NCBI GenBank assembly: GCA_021203425.1
Contig: JAJQBF010000262.1
Coordinates: 1-32,000 of the forward strand
Reading direction: 5' to 3'
Source: Clostridiales bacterium
GTDB taxonomy: Bacteria; Bacillota; Clostridia; Lachnospirales; CAG-274
DNA length: 32,000 bases
A model generated the notes under the pieces. It saw only the letters and a list, made by a program, of their open reading frames with translations, was not told the origin of the DNA and ran no database searches. The position numbers were made by a program, and so were the translations under genes. Below, one piece after another: positions 8,081 to 14,504 of this stretch. Within the stretch, counting starts at the first letter, position 1. Every line of letters starts with the position of its first letter.

Positions 8081-8102
8081 GAGCCTCTTCGGAGGCTCTT
8101 TT
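8081..8102 (+). terminator. rho-independent terminator of cassette 1
   Basis: GAGCCTC-TTCG-GAGGCTC followed by TTTT, 10 nt after TGA 8069-8071. Confidence 0.75.
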
Positions 8103-8202
8103 CCGTTGAATTAAAACCCCGGCAAATGCTACGGAGAACCGACTCTTTTAAACAGTTGGAGTCGCAGAAAATATAAACAATACAATCAGTAAATGTTTGT
8201 GT

Positions 8203-8310
8203 ATATTATTATCAAAAAATGTCTGGCTATTCTCCGAAAACAGAGGTAATATGTGTTTAACCGAAGGGGAAAAACCCCCACGGAAATCATAAAAAACGGA
8301 GGATACGAAC
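8203..8310 (+). promoter_or_regulatory. conserved promoter and 5' leader cassette, copy 2
   Basis: TGGCTA, 17 nt, TAATAT (8247-8252). Hairpin CCGAAGGGGAAAAACCCCCACGG (8261-8283), GGAGG (8298-8302), ATG 8311. Confidence 0.6.
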
Positions 8311-8556
8311 ATGAAAAGAGCAAACACAAAGAAAACAGAATGGGTAGTCAGAATGCTGGGTTGGAGCGGCAAGTCTTACACAACTGTGGATGAAGAAGGA
8401 ATCAGAACCTACCATCCGGGCACAAAATTCGGTTGGATGGACATTAAGGTTTTTGATAACTTTAGTGAAGCTGACAATTGGCTTTTGAATTTAGTGAGAA
8501 CAAAGGGTGGATTGATTACCGATTTCACAATAAAAAAGCGTGAGGTTATAGCGTAA
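8311..8556 (+). CDS. cassette 2 small protein A (81 aa, unknown function)
   Basis: RBS plus ATG directly after the conserved leader. TAA stop followed by a GC hairpin. Confidence 0.7.
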   Translation: MKRANTKKTEWVVRMLGWSGKSYTTVDEEGIRTYHPGTKFGWMDIKVFDNFSEADNWLLNLVRTKGGLITDFTIKKREVIA

Positions 8557-8562
8557 GGAGTT

Positions 8563-8587
8563 GGCAGCAGCCCCTTCGGGGGCTGCC
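8563..8587 (+). terminator. intercistronic GC-rich UUCG hairpin (attenuator or processing site rather than a full terminator)
   Basis: GGCAGCAGCCCC-TTCG-GGGGCTGCC with no U tract. It is immediately followed by the RBS of the next gene. Confidence 0.3.
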
Positions 8588-8608
8588 ATAGGAAAGGAGA
8601 GATACACA

Positions 8609-8818
8609 ATGACAGAATACGAAAAATTGGTCGCCGCCGAAAGGTACGCACACACTGTAGAAATTATCGAACCTACAACAGGCAAGATTGGTGTGGCAAA
8701 CACAACGGAAAAGGGTGTGGCTGTATTTTACGGAGCCGATGACGGAAGCGATGACAAGGTTATCACAGCAGAAGAATTCAGCAAGGATTTCCGAATTACG
8801 GCGATTATTGATAACTAA
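8609..8818 (+). CDS. cassette 2 small protein B (69 aa, unknown function)
   Basis: RBS AAAGGAGAG precedes ATG 8609. The track ORF 8561.. begins inside the hairpin and is unlikely to be the real start. Confidence 0.65.
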   Translation: MTEYEKLVAAERYAHTVEIIEPTTGKIGVANTTEKGVAVFYGADDGSDDKVITAEEFSKDFRITAIIDN

Positions 8819-8832
8819 CAACAGGCAGAGGA

Positions 8833-8855
8833 GAGTCGGAGAACCGACTCTTTTT
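8833..8855 (+). terminator. rho-independent terminator of cassette 2
   Basis: GAGTCGG-AGAA-CCGACTC followed by TTTTT. Confidence 0.75.
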
Positions 8856-8906
8856 AACTGCCGGAATGGTAGAAAATATACACAATACAATCAGTAAATA
8901 TTTGTG

Positions 8907-9011
8907 TATTTTATTATCAAAAAATGTCTGGCTATTCTCCGAAAACAGAGGTAATATACACTTAACCGAAGGGGAACACCCCACGGAAATAAAACACGGA
9001 GGATTTACAAA
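8907..9011 (+). promoter_or_regulatory. conserved promoter and 5' leader cassette, copy 3
   Basis: TGGCTA, 17 nt, TAATAT (8952-8957). Hairpin CCGAAGGGGAACACCCCACGG (8966-8986), GGAGG, ATG 9012. Near-identical to copy 2 over about 175 bp. Confidence 0.6.
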
Positions 9012-9233
9012 ATGGAAGATTACAGAGAATACGAGGAAACAACAGCAGAGCAGATTGAGGAAGCCTTAATGGGGATTCTCAGATACAGAGAGAGTGCAGA
9101 GGACACAGCCCTTGCAAATTTGGAGGACACAGCGAGCTTTCAGGAAGGTGGAGTTATGACCTACAACAGAGGGTTGGTGCTGAGAATGGCAGACGGAACG
9201 GAGTTCCAGATAAGCATTGTTCAGAGTAGGTAA
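9012..9233 (+). CDS. cassette 3 small acidic protein (73 aa, unknown function)
   Basis: RBS plus ATG after the conserved leader. TAA stop followed by a hairpin at 9242-9267. Confidence 0.7.
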   Translation: MEDYREYEETTAEQIEEALMGILRYRESAEDTALANLEDTASFQEGGVMTYNRGLVLRMADGTEFQISIVQSR

Positions 9234-9241
9234 AAGGAAAA

Positions 9242-9272
9242 GGGAGGGATTCTTCGGATTCCCTCCTGCTTT
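9242..9272 (+). terminator. terminator-like hairpin of cassette 3
   Basis: GGGAGGGATTC-TTCG-GATTCCCTCC (one internal mismatch) followed by TGCTTTC. Confidence 0.55.
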
Positions 9273-9360
9273 CAGATATCTGTGAATAAGCCTGAGTGTG
9301 TATAACTGACAAATCACACAGCCTTATTTCCTCTCATTTTCGTGTAGTATATAGCACATA

Positions 9361-9443
9361 ATTAATTGGATAAAATGTGTTTTCAGAGGTAATATGTGTA
9401 TAAAGAAAAGGGAACACCCCTAAAAAACAAGGAGGACACAAAA
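9361..9443 (+). promoter_or_regulatory. conserved promoter and 5' leader cassette, copy 4 (shorter variant)
   Basis: TGGATA (9368-9373), 17 nt, TAATAT (9391-9396). Hairpin GGGAACACCC (9411-9420), TAAAAAACAAGGAGG, ATG 9444. Confidence 0.55.
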
Positions 9444-9734
9444 ATGACAAGAACAGAAAGAAACGAGTACAACTACTTCAGAAAGCAGATTAATGACTTA
9501 GGAGCAAGTAACACCTGCATGATGAGCATTCGCACAAACGCAGGGAGCGAATACAAAAAAGCCCTGCATGAGCTTTTCACAGAATGCGGTTTCCACTCCT
9601 GCGAAGTAAAAACCGACCCCATTCGCTTCGATGATAATGAAAGAATTTTCTACATAAAGGGCATTGACCACGAACATTGGACAAACCTTTACACCGAAGA
9701 GGAAAAAGAGCTTTTTGCAAGGAAGCTGAACTGA
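9444..9734 (+). CDS. cassette 4 small protein (96 aa, unknown function)
   Basis: ATG 9444 follows AAGGAGG with good spacing. The track start at 9396 lies inside the leader and is unlikely to be real. Confidence 0.7.
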   Translation: MTRTERNEYNYFRKQINDLGASNTCMMSIRTNAGSEYKKALHELFTECGFHSCEVKTDPIRFDDNERIFYIKGIDHEHWTNLYTEEEKELFARKLN

Positions 9735-9844
9735 ACAGCCGAGACGAAACAAGCCGAACACAGAACCCCGAAATGGGCTGTGTCTCGTATAGGGTGAATT
9801 TGTTATTGTGTATAAGTGACTGGTTTTGATGATCATTTTTGTGG

Positions 9845-9940
9845 GATTTATTATTGAAAAAAACTGGATATATAGCGGCTTCAGAGGTAATATTTGTATA
9901 ACCAAAGGGGAAAACCCCTAAAATTAAGGAGGCATACAAC
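9845..9940 (+). promoter_or_regulatory. conserved promoter and 5' leader cassette, copy 5
   Basis: TGGATA (9865-9870), 17 nt, TAATAT (9888-9893). Hairpin GGGGAAAACCCC (9907-9918), TAAAATTAAGGAGG, ATG 9941. Confidence 0.55.
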
Positions 9941-10252
9941 ATGAGTAAAATAATAATTAAAGAGGCAAACATCAAGGACACAACAAAAATTAACGATTAC
10001 AGATTGAGAAACACAACAACAATTGAACAGCTGACCCTTGACAGCAACCCAGGCTACGCCGCAATTCTTGTTTACGGAAGGTACATACTTTTTACGGACT
10101 TGAATTGGAAGGGCAAATTCATAGCTGCCATTTATGAGTTTTCTACAGACAAAAATGATATGGATGACCCGATAAGGCTGAAGGAAACCGCTAAAGAGGT
10201 ATTTGATGACAGCGGACACGCAGCAGAGTGGTGTTTTAACAAGATTAAATAA
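9941..10252 (+). CDS. cassette 5 small protein (103 aa, unknown function)
   Basis: RBS plus ATG after the conserved leader. TAA stop is followed by two UUCG hairpins. Confidence 0.7.
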   Translation: MSKIIIKEANIKDTTKINDYRLRNTTTIEQLTLDSNPGYAAILVYGRYILFTDLNWKGKFIAAIYEFSTDKNDMDDPIRLKETAKEVFDDSGHAAEWCFNKIK

Positions 10253-10296
10253 AGCTTTGCCTCTTCGGGGGCTTTGCACGTTATATGGAATTTTCT

Positions 10297-10324
10297 AAGA
10301 CTTCTTCGGAGGTCTTTTATTTTG
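10297..10324 (+). terminator. rho-independent terminator closing the cassette array
   Basis: AAGACTTC-TTCG-GAGGTCTT followed by TTATTTT. Confidence 0.7.
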
Positions 10325-10350
10325 CCCATTTTACAAAGGAGGAGAATCCA

Positions 10351-10818
10351 ATGCAAGACAACATCATAAAAAGCATTTCATACAGTCAGGAAGAAATCCT
10401 GCAATGGACTCTTAAGCTGTATGTGCCGGAGGGCTGCTTTGAAGTAGACCCTACATTTTCAAAAGGTAACTTTTATAAAAGCGGAGCTGTGCCAAGACCT
10501 AAATATTGCTTTGATATTATTCCGCAGGCAGAAGGAGTTACACAGACTGTCTGCCGTTCACTGCCTTTTACCGAAAAGTCAATCGGCAGTATGATAATTG
10601 ACCTGCCTTTTCTTGCTACTACTGGGGTTTCACTAAAAGGGAACGATGGAAACATTGTAAACCGCAGATTTGGTGTGTGTAAAAACGAAACGGAGCTTAC
10701 ACAGCTTTATGAAGATACGCTTGCTGAGGCTTGGCGAGTTCTTAAGCCGGGCCGGTGTTTTGGTTATGAAATGTCAAGACAAGGTTTCAAGCGGAAAGCA
10801 ATATATAATGCACTGTGA
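10351..10818 (+). CDS. putative DNA methyltransferase, N-terminal fragment (frameshifted)
   Basis: AGGAGG RBS and ATG 10351. A DPPY-like motif (IIDLPFLA) is present. Homology-like sequence runs to ...RVLKPG, then continues in another frame (GVLVMKCQDKVSSGKQ...). The junction is at GGGCCGG, 10750-10755. Confidence 0.5.
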   Translation: MQDNIIKSISYSQEEILQWTLKLYVPEGCFEVDPTFSKGNFYKSGAVPRPKYCFDIIPQAEGVTQTVCRSLPFTEKSIGSMIIDLPFLATTGVSLKGNDGNIVNRRFGVCKNETELTQLYEDTLAEAWRVLKPGRCFGYEMSRQGFKRKAIYNAL

Positions 10819-11023
10819 TATTTATGAAATGGCAAAAGAAATAGGTTTTTACCCAATTGACCTATTTATTTTGCTTGCTAAAAACAGGCTCATAGCCGAT
10901 TGGCAGCGGAACCAAAAACATGCTCGAAAATACCACAGTTATTTTTGGGTGTTTCAAAAACCTGTGAAAGGAGGAAAACGAGATGGCAACAAGAGGAAGA
11001 AAACCAACTCCCACAGCAATTAA
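10670..11023 (+). CDS. putative DNA methyltransferase, C-terminal fragment
   Basis: From about 10754: GVLVMKCQDKVSSGKQYIMHCDIYEMAKEIGFYPIDLFILLAKNRLI...QKHARKYHSYFWVFQKP. This resembles the C-terminal part of small phage DNA methylases. It overlaps the terS start by 41 nt. Confidence 0.5.
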   Translation: MVCVKTKRSLHSFMKIRLLRLGEFLSRAGVLVMKCQDKVSSGKQYIMHCDIYEMAKEIGFYPIDLFILLAKNRLIADWQRNQKHARKYHSYFWVFQKPVKGGKRDGNKRKKTNSHSN

Positions 11024-11357
11024 GGAGCTGGAAGGTAATCCGGGCAAACGCCCTTTAAATGAAAAAGAGCCGAAGCCGCAGAAAAAAGCACCTACTTGCC
11101 CTAAGTGGCTTGACCCGGAAGCAAAGAAGGAGTGGCGGCGACTTGCAAAGCAAATGGAGAAGCTAGGCATTCAGACCGAGGTAGATATGGCGGCTTTTGT
11201 CGGATATTGCCAGTCATACAGTCGCTACGTTGAGGCAGAAGAGTTTATCAGTCAGCACGGAACAATCGTAAAGACACCATCAGGATATTATCAGCAAATT
11301 CCTCAAGTCTGTATCGCCCAAACCTATCTTAAAATTATGAGTCGTTTTGCAGAGTAG
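10983..11357 (+). CDS. terS: terminase small subunit, P27 family (interrupted by an in-frame TAG; the frame stays open to 11456)
   Basis: MATRGRKPTPTAIKELEGNPGKRPLN... is the typical P27-family N-terminus. After TAG 11355-11357 the same frame reads FGLTPASRNRIVAAD... to TAA 11454-11456. That is the conserved C-terminal motif of this family, and it ends next to the terL RBS. Confidence 0.85.
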   Translation: MATRGRKPTPTAIKELEGNPGKRPLNEKEPKPQKKAPTCPKWLDPEAKKEWRRLAKQMEKLGIQTEVDMAAFVGYCQSYSRYVEAEEFISQHGTIVKTPSGYYQQIPQVCIAQTYLKIMSRFAE

Positions 11358-11458
11358 TTTGGTCTGACCCCTGCATCGAGAAATAGGATTGTGGCTGCTG
11401 ACAGTTCAAAAGATACAGAAGATGAGATGGAGAAGATTTTGAACGGAGGGGATTAAAA

Positions 11459-12520
11459 GTGGAGACAAGACCAAAGGACTATCCAAAACTGACTGACTAT
11501 ACACCGTCAAAGTTTATGCTTCCCGACTCCCACTATGATAAAAAGAAGGTGGATAAAGCTGTAAATTTTATAGAACAGCTAAAACACACCAAAGGAAAGT
11601 GGGCAGGGAAACGTTTCTGGTTATTGCCTTGGCAAGAAACAATAGTTAGGGATATTTTCGGGACCACTAAAAGTGATGGTAAGCGACAATTCAGGACAGC
11701 ATTTGTCAAAATATGCAAGGAAATGGGCAAAAGTGAGCTTGCTGCAGCTGTTGCACTGTATATGCTGTATGCAGATAACGAACCATCTGCAGAAGTTTAC
11801 GGTGCTGCATCAGACAGACAGCAGGCATCAATTGTATTTGATGTTGCCAAACGAATGACAGAACTGACACCGGCACTGTTGAAGCGCAGCAAGATTATAG
11901 CAGCACAGAAACGTCTGGTAAATTATACTAACGGAGGCTTTTATCAGGTTTTATCAGCAGATGTTGCAAATAAGCATGGGCTGAATATATCCTGTGTCGT
12001 TATAGATGAATGTCACTCGTTTCCGAATAGAAATTTATATGAGGTGTTGTCGCAGGATGCCAGTGATGCAAGAGAACAGCCGCTGACCTTTGTAATCACC
12101 ACAGCAGGCAATGATAAACATTACATATGCTATGGACTCCATACAAAGGCAAAAGATATTCTTGAAGGCAGAAAGACAGGCCCGGCTTTTTATCCTGTGG
12201 TATATGGCCTTGAAGAAGATGATGACTGGGGTGATGAGAATAATTGGTTTAAGGTTTGTCCATCTCTCGGCTATACTGTAGCCCTTGACCGTATGCGTGA
12301 TGTTTATCGGAATGCCATAGAGAATCCGGCAGAGGAAAACGCCTTCAAACAATTGAGGCTCAATATTTGGGTGAACAGTGCTGTTAGGTGGATATCGGAG
12401 CACGTTTATGCAAGGGGAAACAAGCCTATAGATGTTGAAGCTCTTAAAGGTCGTGATTGTTATGGCGGACTGGATTTGGGATATTACAGCACTTGTTTTG
12501 ATTTTTCCGCCAAAGGATGA
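11459..12520 (+). CDS. terL: terminase large subunit, N-terminal (ATPase) fragment
   Basis: GGAGGGG RBS and GTG 11459. Terminase_1-like motifs are present (KRFWLLPWQETIVRDIFG; VVIDECH). The frame is lost after ...CYGGLDL at 12478-12480. Confidence 0.85.
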   Translation: METRPKDYPKLTDYTPSKFMLPDSHYDKKKVDKAVNFIEQLKHTKGKWAGKRFWLLPWQETIVRDIFGTTKSDGKRQFRTAFVKICKEMGKSELAAAVALYMLYADNEPSAEVYGAASDRQQASIVFDVAKRMTELTPALLKRSKIIAAQKRLVNYTNGGFYQVLSADVANKHGLNISCVVIDECHSFPNRNLYEVLSQDASDAREQPLTFVITTAGNDKHYICYGLHTKAKDILEGRKTGPAFYPVVYGLEEDDDWGDENNWFKVCPSLGYTVALDRMRDVYRNAIENPAEENAFKQLRLNIWVNSAVRWISEHVYARGNKPIDVEALKGRDCYGGLDLGYYSTCFDFSAKG

Positions 12521-13070
12521 TGAGGACAGTTATATATTGCTGCCTTTTTTCTGGCTTCCCGAAGATACGCTTGAACTTCGTGTACGCAGGGCTCATGTGA
12601 ATTATGATTTGTGGCGAAGACAAGGTTTGTTTTATGTAACTCCGGGAGATGTAGTTGACTACAATTACATTCGTAAGAAAATTAATGAACTGGGTGAAAT
12701 TTACCACATACGTGAGATTGCCCATGACCGTTGGAATGCAAGCCAGCTTGTCATTGAACTGGGCTTTGATGCTTTCACAATGGTTCCGATTGGTCAGGGA
12801 ATGGCTTCAATGGCGGCTCCTACAAAGGAATTTTATAAGCTGCTTTGTGAAGGTAAAATCAATCACGGAGGCAATCCGGTATTGGAGTGGATGGCGGGAA
12901 ATGTTGTTGTAGAAACAGATGCCGCCGGAAATGTTAAGCCCATCAAAGAAAAAAGTACAGAAAAGATAGATGGCATAGTTGCTGCTATTATGGCTCTTGA
13001 CCGTTGTATCAGAAATGAAGGAGTAATTCAAGGTAGTATTTATGACGAGAGGGAACTCTTCGTTTTGTAA
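12432..13070 (+). CDS. terL: terminase large subunit, C-terminal (nuclease) fragment
   Basis: From about 12480: DITALVLIFPPKDDEDSYILLPFFWLPED...IDGIVAAIMAL, the typical terL nuclease domain. It joins the N fragment with a 1-nt change in the G3 run. Confidence 0.85.
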   Translation: MLKLLKVVIVMADWIWDITALVLIFPPKDDEDSYILLPFFWLPEDTLELRVRRAHVNYDLWRRQGLFYVTPGDVVDYNYIRKKINELGEIYHIREIAHDRWNASQLVIELGFDAFTMVPIGQGMASMAAPTKEFYKLLCEGKINHGGNPVLEWMAGNVVVETDAAGNVKPIKEKSTEKIDGIVAAIMALDRCIRNEGVIQGSIYDERELFVL

Positions 13071-13083
13071 AGGGGGATAAAGA

Positions 13084-13689
13084 ATGCAAGAAAACATAGA
13101 AGAAAGAATCGGCGATGAGTATTCAAGAATAGATCCGGATGATATAGTCGGAAAACGCTTTGGAAAACTCGTGGTTGAAAAGATGGAAGTTTATAAAAAC
13201 CATAAATATTATTATCGCTGTAAATGCGACTGCGGAAAGGAGCCTTTAATTCACCGCGGTCGTATTTTATTTGGAGCTACAAGCTGCGGCTGTGACACAC
13301 CCCGTCCTGTTGATCCACAGGATATTGTGGGAAAGAGGTTTCACAAGGTGTTAATAGCTGAATATATCGGTTATCAAAAAAATTCAAGCGGAAGAAATCG
13401 CAGCTATTATCGTTGTATATGCGATTGTGGAAATGAGTTTATTACAAGCCGAACCCGATTGATGTATGGGGAGGTGAAAAGCTGCGGCGACTGTACAAAA
13501 ATTGTTCAGGAGGAAGACCATTATAAGTATATTTGTCAGAACGGCGATTCGTTTATATTTGATGAGATAGACATGGAGCTTGTGAAATCCCACCGTTGGT
13601 ATATAAGTAACGGTTATCCCGTTACGCGGTCAAACGGAGACAGGTACAAAAAAACTGACTCGCATGATGCTAGATATACTTGGCAGTGA
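13084..13689 (+). CDS. HNH-AP2 homing-type endonuclease, N-terminal fragment (two Cys-rich repeat modules)
   Basis: Two copies of D.IVGKRF.K..........YYRC.CDCG........R...G...SCG.C. The ORF ends shortly after the A7 run at 13648-13654. Confidence 0.65.
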   Translation: MQENIEERIGDEYSRIDPDDIVGKRFGKLVVEKMEVYKNHKYYYRCKCDCGKEPLIHRGRILFGATSCGCDTPRPVDPQDIVGKRFHKVLIAEYIGYQKNSSGRNRSYYRCICDCGNEFITSRTRLMYGEVKSCGDCTKIVQEEDHYKYICQNGDSFIFDEIDMELVKSHRWYISNGYPVTRSNGDRYKKTDSHDARYTWQ

Positions 13690-14056
13690 GCGTGCAAATA
13701 TACACCATAGTGATTTCGATGTAGACCATATTGACGGAGATACGAGAAACAATCGAAGAGACAATCTGCGTATAAGCGAACACAGGAACAATATGAAGAA
13801 TTTGAAACTGAAGGCAAATAACACTACAGGTTATAAAGGTGTATCGTTTGATAAATCCCACGGGAAGTATTATGCGCAGATTGGTTCAGATGGTGTCCAT
13901 CATTTTTTAGGATATTATAATAATCCCGAAGAAGCAGCGAGAGCCTACGATAAGGCGGCTCGTTTTTATCATGGAGAATATGCCTGTGTGAATTTCCCAC
14001 TTCCGGGTGAGCAAGGATGCAGAAGAAACGAAGAAAAGGAGGTAGCATACGCATGA
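13664..14056 (+). CDS. HNH-AP2 homing-type endonuclease, C-terminal fragment
   Basis: HNH core (VDHIDGDTRNNRRDNLR...HRNN) is followed by an AP2-type DNA-binding domain (TGYKGVSFDKSHGKYYAQI...FLGYYNNPEEAARAYDKAARFYHGEYACVNF). The frame is open from 13607. Confidence 0.8.
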   Translation: MMLDILGSERANIHHSDFDVDHIDGDTRNNRRDNLRISEHRNNMKNLKLKANNTTGYKGVSFDKSHGKYYAQIGSDGVHHFLGYYNNPEEAARAYDKAARFYHGEYACVNFPLPGEQGCRRNEEKEVAYA

Positions 14057-14331
14057 CAGACTCAGATGAAAGCAGAATTATGACAGTGGAGTATTTATAT
14101 GAGTGGCTTGAAAAGCTGATGGACAGCGGTCTCGGCGATATGAAAATACGCTGTGAGGACGGTTATCTCCACAGAGATGAGTTGGGAATTGACAGCTACA
14201 ATAACGAAACGAGAATTATAGGAATGCTTTATAACCGCGGCGATTTTAAGGTTTGCTGTGAGTTAAAAAACGATATTGAAAAGGCATTCGAAAGGTTCAG
14301 CATTAGAAGCAGTAAGAGGTATGAGTCATGA
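14053..14331 (+). CDS. hypothetical protein (92 aa)
   Basis: AAGGAGG RBS before ATG 14053. The stop overlaps the next start (ATGA). Confidence 0.55.
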   Translation: MTDSDESRIMTVEYLYEWLEKLMDSGLGDMKIRCEDGYLHRDELGIDSYNNETRIIGMLYNRGDFKVCCELKNDIEKAFERFSIRSSKRYES

Positions 14332-14501
14332 AAGAGAGATATTTTACGGTAACACACAATAACCGTTCTTATGTGGTAATCGGAAACGAAAACACAAGCC
14401 TTGATACGGTTTGGAACAGCCAAAAATGCTGGTTTATGAAAGGCAGCGAAGTAACTATTGAAGATGATAAAGGAAATCGTAAAGTGTTCAGAAAGGAGTA
14501 G
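14328..14501 (+). CDS. hypothetical small protein (57 aa; below the ORF-track cutoff)
   Basis: ATG 14328 is translationally coupled to the upstream stop. It reads MKERYFTVTHNNRSYVVIGNE...KVFRKE and ends at TAG 14499-14501, just before the portal ATG. Confidence 0.45.
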   Translation: MKERYFTVTHNNRSYVVIGNENTSLDTVWNSQKCWFMKGSEVTIEDDKGNRKVFRKE

Positions 14502-14504
14502 CTT

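Noticed and set aside
9405-9440. preQ1-I-like riboswitch in the leaders (stem-loop followed by UAAAAAACAAGGAGG)
   Set aside because: The A-rich tail next to the SD is reminiscent of preQ1-I. However, the loop is only 4-5 nt and lacks the conserved loop nucleotides needed to bind the ligand. The downstream genes are also unrelated to queuosine metabolism.
7521-9940. CRISPR array or other short-repeat array
   Set aside because: The repeat units are about 100 nt and spaced 430-700 bp apart. Each contains promoter, RBS and leader features, and the spacers are RBS-led ORFs with terminators. No cas genes are present.
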